NCBI GenBank assembly: GCA_002633005.1
Contig: NMRA01000008.1
Span: forward strand, 440,985-504,984
Length of the DNA: 64,000 bases
Reading direction: 5' to 3'
Source of the DNA: Phoronis australis
Lineage: Eukaryota > Animalia > Phoronida
A model generated the notes under the pieces. The model saw only the letters and a list, made by a program, of their open reading frames with translations. It was not told the DNA's origin and did not search any database. This document shows positions 37,301-60,226 of this stretch, in pieces. Numbering within the stretch: position 1 is the stretch's first letter; the number at the start of each line of letters is the position of its first letter. The position numbers and the translations under genes were made by a program.

Positions 37301-40300
37301 ATTCTCACCAAATTGCACCCGTTTGTCATTCTTGCGCACGGCATCAGCGGATCCTATAATGTCTTCTACAGACCTGTGGCCTTGACTGACCCACTTGTTC
37401 GCCGTCGACGGTCCTATTCCAAATACACCATCAAACAGCTGAAAAACACGCGACCACAATGCACGTCTCACAAAAATTCAATTTTTGTATGAGAACAATG
37501 ACAGTTTTCAATCTCCAACAAAAAGATGAAGAAGAGCCACGCTGATAAACATTAAACAGGTAAAGTTTGGCTCTTCAGTGTATTCTATACATTCTTGTCA
37601 AGAACTAGTCGTAACCCAAGTGGGCACCATTCATAATTTCTTCAACTTCCTGTTGCTTTTATGACCAAAATCTAATTTTGTTTTCCATTTCCAAATGTGT
37701 TTATTTCCACACATCATTAGTGCAGTCCAACTTGGCACAAAATCTGTGAATTTGATGAAAGCGTCACGAATGAAAACACAACTATGTATGATGAAGTATC
37801 AAAGAGTAAAGATGTCAAATGCACATCTTAAGACAATATTTCATGCACTCATCCCAACACCAGGTGGGGTTGCAGTATCTGTTCTGTTGCAGAGGTGATC
37901 AGTAGTAGTGGGAATCAAAGAGAAAAGTTTGCAGAATCGGTTAAATGGAAACCTTTCCGAACAGAGGCTCGATTATGAATTGGTTTTGAGTCACATTGTC
38001 ATCGAATGTTTACTATGATAGGCAAAGAGACTGATCGAAACACGTAACGTTTCTCTAGCAATCAACAGATGATGCCGACCTTTGTTACCAGACGATGATT
38101 TGCATGCAGGAAAGGTGAATTCGACTGCTAACCACATGCATATTTAAAAATACTCAGCCATACCAGATCAAGATTTGCGTGTGGCCGATGAGACTTCACC
38201 ATCTTATTTACATGAATTTTAAAGTTTTTATTTAGCCCCACAACAGAATTGATTTTACTGTCTTGGAATCAATTTTGATTTGCAGTTTTTGTTTAGTGAT
38301 GATGTCGGCGACAAGTCGGCAAATTGTTGCAACACTAATGATTAGATAGGCCATAGGATTTAACTTCTATCAGTATTTACAAAGTCTATGCATTTGAATC
38401 ATTTCCCTGGTTTGTCACAAACTGAGATGCCTTAGAAAAGGACTAAATCCTGCGGATGCTTTCCAGGTTCTTACTTTAGTAACAATGGGGTAACCGAGAA
38501 ACGGAATACGGATTTAATAATTTTTAGCAGATACTCACTCTCAAGGTCTTAAATTGTTCACTCGAGCTAATGCTTTCAACTTCAGCGCTGTAGCCATCTT
38601 CAATGATTTCCTGAAAATGAACAGCTGGTGTAATAATAAATCTTAGGATGTGTATTGTCTCAGACATATTGTAGAATACACAGGCGCCTGAATTTCCCGA
38701 TGACTCATAACCATACATAAGAAACATAAAGGTTGGACACTTAAACTTTGCCAAGCCGAGGATCCCAACTTCAACTGTCCAAAGTCCAAATAAAATCTGC
38801 GTGCACCTCCCTCAGTCTGGTAATGCATAAACCTTCGAAGCCTTATTTTTCCTAGATCCCATTAACTGTCCTCGTGAGTGGTGAATTGGCGATGGAATTT
38901 CCAAAACAATCTCAAAACTCTGAATACAAGGACCTAAAATATTAAACATGGCGGATTTCAGTTTTGATTCAACTTGTACACCTGTCGTAGGTGAAACTTC
39001 GAGTTTGAGCAAGCAACCTATATTTCAAATTCAATAATTCTAATCCAAAACTCAACTAATTGAGAATGTTAAAGTTAGTATTTTAATGATTATTTGTAAC
39101 TTATTCCACTGACGGCTCATTTTAGCCCTTAACTTAAAATTTTATTGCGTAAACTGGCATATCTCGTCTCTCATCTTGACATCACGCACTTTTTTCGACT
39201 GAAGCACAACACACACTCTGCCAGGAGACGCAGTCCGTGCACGTATTACAATGCGCGTGGTCGACGAGTTAACTCAATGGTTTTGGCCAAAAGTGAAACC
39301 TTCATAGGAAATCATAGTACACAAAATAACTTCGCATATCAATACAGTATCAGGATAATTTATATACGACACAAATATCTGAGTAGTTACATACATTTGG
39401 CAATGATATTTTTAAAGTGTCAAGGGATTGACGACGAAAGGCGCGTGAAAACAGACTTTTGGATTTAGCTCGGGAGCGTCCGCAAAAAACCTGGATGTGC
39501 GAAGACCGTCTGCCACGACATCATGGAATAAGGTCCTTGAATTTGTGATTTTGATATTCTTTTGGCATTTTTGTAGTCAAATCACCACTTGAAGGCAATT
39601 TGAAGAGATCAACTGAAAGAAGGTATTCTAAGATTTGTTGCATGCTAGTTTCGTGGAGTTCCATGCACATTTGAGTAGAAAAATTATGAGCAAACAGATT
39701 TCGAGTGTCCAACCTTTATGTATTCTTAGTATTGAGTGACGTCATTTGCGATCGAGGAACAGATAAACTCAAGCGCCTGTGGTAGAATACATATATATTT
39801 AAATAAAACAACAATAATGGATCAACTGAAATTTTCCGATATAATCACATCCTTTGTCAACAGAAACAGAAATAAAGTAAAATCAAACACGATATGACAA
39901 ATGACATCTGATATTTGGTGTAACGAACATGATAGATTGTTGCAGAAAAAAGTAAAGGATATAATTTAAGAAATCTTTAATGTTTAATCCATTGGGTTCA
40001 AGTGTGTTAAGTTTATCTATCCAAAATTGTTCTCTTTTGAGTCTGCGAGGGGTACTGGGGTATTGGAGTTTTTCTAATATGCAATATAATATGTTATTTT
40101 TTTACTTATTTTTTATTGAGTTGATCGCTCAAGATTCAGGAAACTACTCCAAGACTTTTTACTTTTATAACAGCTTCAGCGTGGCTTCCTATCCCCTTGA
40201 GACTTCGCAAGTCAGATCTATGAGCCAGAGTTTGAGGTAAGGACTTGAGTACAGCGGCGGCTCGACGAAACGCAAGGGCACGTGTCTGGTCTTTGACGGT

Positions 40301-43022
40301 TGGATCGTTCCGCAGTTCCGCATGTAGTTCCAAAATTTCGAGGGCATCCTAGATGAGACACACAAGGTCAGGTAATGTGTAAATGAAGATTCCATAGACA
40401 TTAGTGACATTTTACCGACACACTCTTAACCCCTTTAACTCGTCAACTTCGGGAACGTGACGAAAATGATGACTTACCCGAGTGACAATTTATGTGCAAG
40501 TACATGCATGTCATTAGGACCAAAGGAAAGGCGAGTTATGTAACGATGAGTTAAATGAGTGTAAGTAGATAAATCCGAGAGAACCTAAAAATGCCATCAA
40601 CTTTATGCAGGACCATAGAAAAATGTTCAAATTTTGGCTAAACTCAGAACATCACGTGTGGCTCATCGGATTCAGACTGTTAGGAATAATATTAAAAATG
40701 TTCCACTGGAGCATCAAGGGCTATCAAAAAATAGAACTTTTATGATTTTCATGAAAAAATCAAAGTTGCAAAATGAAACAAAATTATATTTTAGAAAACT
40801 GTAACGTCGTTTTTGAGATCTCACCGAAGACATTGCTATCAAATAAAATCACGTTATTGATACCGTTGTTTTGACTTCAACGTACCTTTCTTTTTTGCTA
40901 AGTTTTTCCACAAAGACGTGATTAAATTCTGCATGCTTTCTACGTTCAGAAAACACATACTGATACTGAGTTAAAAATCTATAGTTTTGAAGGTAATTGG
41001 CTAAATACGCAGAAATGTCAAAAACTTCCTACATAACTTCAACTGTTACTTTCACAGACTTGGAAGAGGGCAAACGTCTACCACTCGAAAAAAGTTCATG
41101 ATCAGACACGGCAAAGTTTATGCTATGTAAACCCAGAGTCAAAATACTTAAACTTACTGTAAACTTGTGGTTGTGATGTTTTAGCAGCGCTGACCTCTGA
41201 CACGCATAATCAGGGAGAATAAAGTCACTCACTTCCTGTTGATAAAGAATGGAAAGTAAATGTAATTGCTTTGTAATAAAACGTTTCACTACCAAAACTT
41301 TCTGAAAACAAGCTCAGGGGCCTATATTCAGATAATTTTCAAACAAACAAATTTTTGCTAGAGTTACACTCTTCATACTTTGTCTAGAAGTTGTTAGTAT
41401 AGGAATTATACGATTTCACTTAAACCAGCCACTGCATTCCCTAAAGGATGACCAGTCGATCACATGGCTAAACGTTCTACAATACAAAGTACTGACAGCC
41501 ATAAAGCACACACAACCTACTACCTATGAAGTACAAAATTCAATCAGTTCTGCTAAGAAATCTGACGAAGAAAAATTCCACTTTCATCATGCACACTATT
41601 GACAATTAATTGTAAATAGCAACTCTAACCTGGGATACCTCCGTGTCCTTAAGCTGCGGAGAACATTCCATTTGTTTCACCCTGTATTTGTCACAGACCT
41701 CTACAGGGTGCCCAGCCTTGACCGACACGCTGAACCAAGAAGTGTTGACAATCTCATGATGTCTCTCCCACTGTGTTTCGTCAATATTCAAGTTCCTCAG
41801 CACTTGTTCCTTGGTGTCAGTTTCAGTTACAACATGAGTGACATTGTAACTAAAGTGAGAAATAATAAAACACGTTGAAATCTCACCAATGACGGCCAAA
41901 ATAGATCTTTTCTCATTTTTCAAAGGCTTCTAACCCCAACTAGAGGGCAATATAACGTGCTTTTGAGAACCAGTTTGATACCAGTTATTCAGTGGAGAAA
42001 ACTGGTTCTCAAAATTTGGGCACGTTATATCAGACCATTACCCAATGAGAGTGTCACAAATTCCCAGAACAGATTGTAACTATGGTACACAGAACGAAAA
42101 AATGACGAATCAGAAATTTGGCGCTACTTTAATATCTTTCACAAAAATATTTTAAAAAATACTAAAAAATAACATTTCAAGTACGTGCTATATTATTTCC
42201 TGAAACTTTACCATCCCATAACTATCAATCACAAAACATGAATTCTGTCCCGAATACATGATACACTTGAAGTTCAAGGCCGCAAACAAACAACAGTCCA
42301 CCCGAATAAATGTACATGACAAGCCAAAAGTATTCAGACGGAATGAACCGGAATTCCCCGTCTCAGAAATCTTCCATTACGACTGAGAATGAAGGGGAAA
42401 GTTTGAAGGAGGCTCAGCCATTTTGTAACTATAATGTTGCTGGCCTAATAGTTACCGTATTATCAGTCATTTTCGCTGTTAACAGAATTAGCCGTAGTGA
42501 CGGAGAAAACTGTATTTTGTCTGATTACTTTCGTCTTGTACTGTAATTGTGTTCAGAGAATCACTAAGAATTTTGTGATCTCACTACCATCTCAACCCAT
42601 GTATATAAAAATCTTTCTGTTCTCACATTTTGCAGAGTATAACATGACATGCCTTTTCTCTTTAGGACCACTCAGTAAATACCATTTCTCATTCTTAGGA
42701 ATCAAGAATGTTTGCCTTTAAATATGAAATAAACAATGAGAACTGCTGAGTGGCAATAAAAAACTGCTTTAATGGGCAAACTTAGCATTATTAAAAATAT
42801 TTTGAGAACATATTTACATAGAATCAGTACATGCACAGAAGTGTATGAAATACCATCAACTTACCTAAACGTTTGCACCACCAGAAATCCATTCTTGGAA
42901 GCAGTTTCTTTCATCTTGTCCAGTCGCATCTTATTTATTTTCTGAGGTGCAATAAAGAGAACCACGTCTTTCTTTCTCTCACCACAACTCTCCAGTTTTG
43001 GCCGCTTTCCTGGAGTGCTCAT
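34381..43022 (-). CDS. POLM: X-family DNA polymerase of the Pol mu/TdT clade with N-terminal BRCT, ~508 aa; exons 43022-42865, 41849-41639 (alternative donor 41630), 41235-41158, 40348-40163, 38610-38539, 37438-37309, 36707-36575, 36159-35688, 34467-34381
   Basis: In-phase GT-AG join. Motifs: BRCT (NVTHVVTE...SWFSVSVKAGHPV), YACQR...HHN, DALEILE...FRRAAAVLKSLP, HhH (GIGS; GVFGIGPSTA), TGGFRRGKPCGHDVDLLISHP (two catalytic Asp), RVDLV (third Asp), ALVGWTGS, and C-terminal YREPWERNC*. Confidence 0.93.
42315..42543. mobile_element. Family A MITE (reverse orientation) in a POLM intron
   Basis: GCTGTTAACAGAATTAGCCG...TTTTGTCTGATTACTTTCGTCTTGTACTG-TA is the reverse complement of the 59220 copy. Confidence 0.7.
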
Positions 43023-43317
43023 AATGTCAGTACCAAGTCACTACGTTTGCCAAACAAGTTCACTGAAGTAATTCCACCAGTTGCAGCCTGAAAACAAGGC
43101 ATCTTCTCAGCAAAGGTTCATGCTCATATGTAGTCCAATTCTTTCATGAGAAGCTCAAAGTTCACTGAATGGCGTCAGTGAAACAACGAGGCCCAGACTG
43201 TGCTAATACCATCTTACATTGCAAAATAAATCTCTTCTCATCAACTCCCAAAAACTTCTATCTTACATATAATACATTTCAAATACTACTGTTTTCATAT
43301 AATGTGACGACTGTCTA

Positions 43318-46300
43318 TCATAGTCCGAATCTACTGACAGTCTTTGGTGTTTGCACTCTCGACGACTGTTGTCCAGGTGTGGCAATCCTATTACGACTGC
43401 TGATAACAGGTGTGCTGGCTGCTTCCTTGCTACGCTCTAACTGCTCTTGGGCAATCTTCATCTCTTCTTCCATCCGCGAGATGTTGCTCAGAGCATCCTT
43501 CTTCTTCTCGTTCCTGCTCTTGGAAGAATCCTTCACGCTGTAGAAGATCGGCCCCAGCTCGGCCAACCATAGGCCGTCGACAGCGGTGACGCATTGCATG
43601 TACTCCTTTGAAGTCATCACCAGCTCATGATATACTATGTAATCTGGTGTATAGCCCATGCCAAAGAGGGCGCTGGTGGGGTGTAGGTGGCAAGGCATGC
43701 CAGTCCTCATGTTCACGTATTCGCCGAGACCCTTCAGTCGCGCTGCCTGGTGGAAGTACGACGAACAAATACACTTGCGCACAATGTCCCACTCGTTGCC
43801 GGACGAGATTAGCTCCATCTTCTGTTGATCCATGATGTCCTTCAACTGTTGCCGAACCTCTCGAACCTTACGTAGAGCCTTGACGTGAAGAAAGTGGTCC
43901 TGGCACCAGCTGGACGAATATTTGTTCCGCTTCCATTGTTGATACACGTTTAGAAATGTCAAGTGATCGCTTTCCGCAACCTGGAACTTCTCCCTAGCTG
44001 CGTCAGATTCTTCTTCGCGACCTTTTGGTCGGAAGAATATTGCAGGGACCGAAAGCATAGATACTACAGTAAGGATCTCTTCACTGCAACCCATCTCTAT
44101 GGAAACAATCAACATCTTTGACAGTGCCGGATCTAGTGGAAACTCCACCATATGTCTACCAAGCGGTGTCAGGTTACCAACGTTGTCCAGAGCTCCGAGA
44201 ATCCACAACTGGTACATGGAGTTCATGATGTTGTCTTCTGGAGGTGGGTCCATGAAGTGGAACTGAAGAAGGTTTTGGACGCCCAGTGACTTCAGTAGAA
44301 GAACCACGTTGGCCAGGTTCGTCCGCTGGATTTCTGGCACAGTGGACACCAGCATCTCATTCTTGTACTGCCTCTCGGTGTATAGCCTGTAGCAGGAGCC
44401 AGGTCCTGTACGCCCGGCACGGCCTGAACGTTGATTGGCATTGGCTTGACTGATAGGAAACACCTGCAGGGCATCCATGCCAATCTTAGGATTAAACACC
44501 TTCAGCTTGCAGTACCCAGCGTCAACCACAAACATGATGCCGTCCACGGTCAGGGACGTCTCGGCGATGTTTGTGGCAACAACACACTTCCGTATGCCAT
44601 CAGGAGCCTTCTGAAAGATCTTCGCCTGGAGATCACTGGGAAGTTGCGAGTAAATAGGAAGGATAGCCAGAGGAGGGGCCTCATCCAGCTCACCCAGGCG
44701 CTCACCAACGAGGTCGCATGTAACCTCTATGTCTTCCTGACCAGGCATGAAGACCAAAATGTCGCCCGGTTCACCCCGCAGGTGAATCTGTAAAGTCTGC
44801 TTTACAGCAGCATCCACATAATCTTCTACTGGATTCCTACTGAACATGAGATCAACAGGGAATGTTCGACCAGGTATGGTGTACGTAGGAACATTGCCGA
44901 AAAACGTGGAAAACTTAGTAGCATCCATTGTCGCAGAGGTGACTATCAGTTTCAAGTCTTGTCGCCTGGATACAACATCCCTGAGTAGTCCAAACAGGAC
45001 ATCGGTATTGAGTGAGCGTTCGTGAGCTTCGTCCATAATTATCGCACTGTAGTTATCAAGATCAGCTTCACGCAAAGATTCCCGAAGCAGAATACCATCA
45101 GTCATGTACTTAATTATCGTTTTCTCGCTGGTACAGTCCTCGAAACGTATAGCATACCCAACGTCCTCACCTAGATCAACGTCCATTTCTTCTGCTACAC
45201 GTTTTGCAACAGACATGGCCGCCACACGACGCGGCTGTGTGCAGCCCACCATGCCAAACGTTGTGTATCCATCTTCATGTAAATACTGAGTTAGTTGAGT
45301 AGTTTTACCTGAACCGGTCTCGCCCACTATAATAACAACTTGGTTCTCGCGCACAATTTGTAACAGTTCTTGCCGAACAGCAAAAATGGGCAAGTACTGT
45401 CGTTGTTGATGGATGGTTTTCTTCTTGGCAAAATCGCTGACCGCCTCGTTCTTTTCAGACATGTGTTCCGCAAATGTCTGGTTAGCTTTGTAATCGACTT
45501 CTTCCGCTTCTTCTGTGTCTTTTTTCTCTACACCCATGACATCTCCCATTCGAGTGCCAGCCAACTCCCAATGCTTAGCCTGGGCTTTCTTGCGTTCCTT
45601 CATTTCTCGATGATGCCTAACCACAGCGCAACCTTTCTTGGACACCACAGCCATATCAGACGTCGGGTCTTTGACAGGTATAACAGGCTCAGGTTGTTTA
45701 GAGAAAACAATTCGGCCATCGAGGAAGGGTGGAATAATATTTTGAACGAGGAGGTGAACTCTGGCCACGTTATCTTCCTCAAAGTCTTCATCAACGTCTA
45801 CTCTCATGACAACACCACTAGTGAGCATACGATTTGTTTCCCATAACTCATTATCTTTATGAATCTGACGTTGTTGAGCAGACATTCTTTTCTTTTGACG
45901 CTTTTCAATTTCTACTTCCTTTTTTTTGACGTAGTCATCAGACATGTCAGAAAATGGATTGTGAGCCTCATCATAGCCTTCATCCAACCCATACCATTCC
46001 CTGTCAAGTCTTTTCTGTTCTTGGTCCCAGTCTTCTGTTTCTCGGAAATTTTCTTTTTCTCTGTCATCTTCAGAGTCTCGAGGTGTGTACTGCATCTTTT
46101 TGTTACCTTTCATCCAAGAATTATATTTAAATGATGGGGTTGGCAAGGGTGTGTCTTTAGAAGACCTTGAACGCTTTCTGTCATAATCTTTCACAGATCG
46201 TTCAGACCGATCTCGTGACCTGTCACTTCTGTAAGAACGGTCACTCCCCCTTTCGCTCTTTGTGGAACTGGGAGTGGGTAAATCCCAACTTGATCTCTTT

Positions 46301-47058
46301 GAAGGCGTGAGGTCATCATCGTCGTCCCAATTAGAACGTGATGGTGTGTCTTTCGCACTGTACTTTGAACTGTAGTAGTCATCACGATAATGTCGAGGTG
46401 TTTCCTCCCAATCATTCCTGGTACTTCGTGAACTATCATCATGTCGCCTCCGTTCACTCCTACTTGAACTTTCACCTCTTCTACTGTGACGGCGTCTATC
46501 ACCATCTCTATCTTTGTTCCTTTTATCAGGACGGTCTTTTGAAGATGCGTATACACCACGATCTTTTTCTTTGTGTTTTTTCTCCAATTTTTGTTTTAGT
46601 TCTTTGTCAATGGGTGCTACATAAGATGGTGTCTCTATTCTTTGATCCCTGTACTTTCGTTCATGCTTTGAGTTACTTAATCTTGGCGAAGCTTCAATGC
46701 TATTGTCATCATCATCACCATCTTCATCTTTGTATGAAGAAACTCTAGACTTTTTTACTTCGTTTTCATCTCCAGACAGTTTACGCTTTTCAGATGCCAA
46801 TCTGTCTAAGCCCAGCAGAGACGGCCGGGATTGTGGCACTTTAAACTGGTGTGACGATGACTTGTCAGCAGGACCTTTTTTCATGATAACAAGTCCACCC
46901 TTTTCTTCACCCGTAGACCCTTTTAGCTGGTGAATTGAATCGTCTTGAGAATCATCCAGAGCTGGTGACATAGTTGAAAAAGTTCCCTTTTTCATAATCG
47001 TGAGTCCACCTTTTGCACTGGCATTTGATCCTTCCAAAATATGTAACGATTCACTCAT
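43318..47058 (-). CDS. DHX38: pre-mRNA-splicing factor ATP-dependent RNA helicase PRP16 (DEAH-box), 1246 aa, intronless CDS
   Basis: Single uninterrupted ORF with [33 protein letters not shown] and QRSGRAGR motifs. It also has PRP16-specific N-terminal blocks ([40 protein letters not shown]) and the C-terminal ...RFGL. Confidence 0.98.
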   Translation of the reverse strand: MSESLHILEGSNASAKGGLTIMKKGTFSTMSPALDDSQDDSIHQLKGSTGEEKGGLVIMKKGPADKSSSHQFKVPQSRPSLLGLDRLASEKRKLSGDENEVKKSRVSSYKDEDGDDDDNSIEASPRLSNSKHERKYRDQRIETPSYVAPIDKELKQKLEKKHKEKDRGVYASSKDRPDKRNKDRDGDRRRHSRRGESSSRSERRRHDDSSRSTRNDWEETPRHYRDDYYSSKYSAKDTPSRSNWDDDDDLTPSKRSSWDLPTPSSTKSERGSDRSYRSDRSRDRSERSVKDYDRKRSRSSKDTPLPTPSFKYNSWMKGNKKMQYTPRDSEDDREKENFRETEDWDQEQKRLDREWYGLDEGYDEAHNPFSDMSDDYVKKKEVEIEKRQKKRMSAQQRQIHKDNELWETNRMLTSGVVMRVDVDEDFEEDNVARVHLLVQNIIPPFLDGRIVFSKQPEPVIPVKDPTSDMAVVSKKGCAVVRHHREMKERKKAQAKHWELAGTRMGDVMGVEKKDTEEAEEVDYKANQTFAEHMSEKNEAVSDFAKKKTIHQQRQYLPIFAVRQELLQIVRENQVVIIVGETGSGKTTQLTQYLHEDGYTTFGMVGCTQPRRVAAMSVAKRVAEEMDVDLGEDVGYAIRFEDCTSEKTIIKYMTDGILLRESLREADLDNYSAIIMDEAHERSLNTDVLFGLLRDVVSRRQDLKLIVTSATMDATKFSTFFGNVPTYTIPGRTFPVDLMFSRNPVEDYVDAAVKQTLQIHLRGEPGDILVFMPGQEDIEVTCDLVGERLGELDEAPPLAILPIYSQLPSDLQAKIFQKAPDGIRKCVVATNIAETSLTVDGIMFVVDAGYCKLKVFNPKIGMDALQVFPISQANANQRSGRAGRTGPGSCYRLYTERQYKNEMLVSTVPEIQRTNLANVVLLLKSLGVQNLLQFHFMDPPPEDNIMNSMYQLWILGALDNVGNLTPLGRHMVEFPLDPALSKMLIVSIEMGCSEEILTVVSMLSVPAIFFRPKGREEESDAAREKFQVAESDHLTFLNVYQQWKRNKYSSSWCQDHFLHVKALRKVREVRQQLKDIMDQQKMELISSGNEWDIVRKCICSSYFHQAARLKGLGEYVNMRTGMPCHLHPTSALFGMGYTPDYIVYHELVMTSKEYMQCVTAVDGLWLAELGPIFYSVKDSSKSRNEKKKDALSNISRMEEEMKIAQEQLERSKEAASTPVISSRNRIATPGQQSSRVQTPKTVSRFGL

Positions 47059-47413
47059 GGCTGCACCTTAACTAGCCTACACGTACATGTAAAAAGATTT
47101 CTACACCTGACTTCTTTACCATTAAATGCAACACAAACGTACAGCACTCGTTCCAACAGCACCTTGTTACCGGAAGTAGACGAGTAAACCACGGATCTGC
47201 GATACATCGCATTTTGTGGCACATCGTAAAATATTACCTAAAATTTCTCATATGATTAATTGAAGGAGTCTATAATATCCTATTTGCGGCCACCAACGGA
47301 ATCAAAAACTCATTTTTTTTACCTTTTTTGAAAAAAATCCCATTACCCACAACTCATAAAAAATATGGCAGATGCATGAAACCGGTGTTTATTATATTTG
47401 ATTATATCATTCG
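47059..47413. promoter_or_regulatory. Bidirectional promoter between DHX38 (-) and LETM1 (+)
   Basis: Only 355 bp separate the divergent ATGs. Contains CCGGAAGT (ETS/GABP-type, 47170-47177) and a YY1-like AATATGGC near 47362. Confidence 0.7.
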
Positions 47414-58758
<11,345 letters not shown>

Positions 58759-59219
58759 GATGGGAAGCGAGCTTCTGTGGCGTATGGTGTGTACTGGGTA
58801 GAGGTGGGAGACCAACTCCATAGAAACAACGGGCAGCGACTTGGCAGTTGTAGTTACCGAAATGCTGGTAGTTCGTATTGGAAAATGCACAGTTAGATGG
58901 GAGGCAGGCTCCCGTGAAGTATGGTGCATATCGTGTGTAGTTGGGAGTCCAGCTGCATGGTCAGTATTGACGGGAGTTGGAGCCAGTCTCCAGTGACAAA
59001 TACCCTGCAGATATTGGGATTTATCTCTGTGCTTGCAGTTCTTAGAGTGAGAGGCACTCTTGATCTGAGTGTAAAAAGTCAAAGTTATTGGAGTTTAAAG
59101 AGTGAGAGGATGCCCATTGTCAGTTGTCTTCCTGTATATAATGACTGAATAATGACTGAATAATGACTGAAGCAACCATGACTTGAAGTCAAATTGTGTT
59201 ATTGTGTCCCTGACACATG

Positions 59220-59472
59220 CAGTACAAGACAAAAGTAATCTGACAAATACTGTTGTCGCCATCACAGCGGCTAATTCTGTTAACAGCAGACTGGTAATAA
59301 CTACTGAGGCGACAAAATTGTAATTGCAAAATGGCTTAGCCTCCTTTATTGCCAACTGTCCCTTTATTCTCGGTCATCAGGGGAGACTACTCTGACTATG
59401 TATTTGGCTTCTGCCCACCTATCATAATGGGAATTCCAAGTCATTTTGTCTGAATACTTTTGTCTTGTACTA
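59220..59472. mobile_element. Family A MITE downstream of the LETM1 stop
   Basis: TIRs CAGTACAAGACAAAAGTAATCTGACAAA / TTTGTCTGAATACTTTTGTCTTGTACTA. Confidence 0.75.
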
Positions 59473-59861
59473 TACAGTGAAATTTACACGCACTGATGCA
59501 CACAGCTTGAAAGAGATTACAAATGTAATGCGTGTCATAATTTATGGCTGTGTGAAAATAGGAGATTTTCCTTATTAATTGTTGTATATGATATTTTGGG
59601 AAATTCATCAATGATGCTGCTGTCATTTTTGTGTGTTGTAGAACAGTTGTCCGCGCATGAACATCCAGTGACATCACGGATGACTTGTGCACCTGTAATT
59701 GAACTACCCCCTCCGCCTGTTTGCGTAATGTGGTGGCTTGGAAACGAAGGTGTGCCAATAATGCTGTGTTCTAAATGATCGGTTAAGCCGTCACTCAAAA
59801 TCCTGGCGATAGGTCAATTAGTATGGTGGAAAGCTGGATTCATCACCTGAGTGCACTAAAA

Positions 59862-60226
59862 TCCTAGCACTACACAGCGATCATCGCACTAGATCCCCAT
59901 TCCTAACACTACACAGCGATCACTGCACTAGATTCCCATTCCTAGCAGTACACAGCGATCATTGCACTATATTCCCATTCCTAGCACTACACAGCGATCA
60001 TCGCACTAGATCCCCATTCCTAACGCTACACAGCGATCATTGCACTATATTCCCATTCCTAACACTACACAGCGATCACTGCACTAGATCCCCATTCCTA
60101 ACACTACACAGCGATCATTGCACTAGATTCCCATTCCTAACACTACACAGCGATCATCGCACTAGATCCCCATTCCTAACACTACACAGCGATCATCGCA
60201 CTAGATCCCCATTCCTAACACTACAC
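59862..60226. repeat. 39-bp minisatellite (CCTAACACTACACAGCGATCAYYGCACTAGATYCCCATT) x~9
   Basis: Direct tandem repetition without unique spacers. Confidence 0.95.

Noticed and set aside
43169-46933. Several plus-strand ORFs overlapping DHX38
   Set aside because: Antisense shadows of the long coding frame, with no recognisable motifs.
47077-47119. A 43-nt intron in the DHX38 5'UTR
   Set aside because: GT..AG is present but the interval is shorter than any intron in the gene models here; not supportable without transcripts.
59862-60226. Regular 39-bp array (also the 33-bp array at 51123 and the 29-bp array at 14275) as a CRISPR array
   Set aside because: Units are contiguous with no unique spacers, there are no cas genes, and the context is eukaryotic; these are minisatellites.
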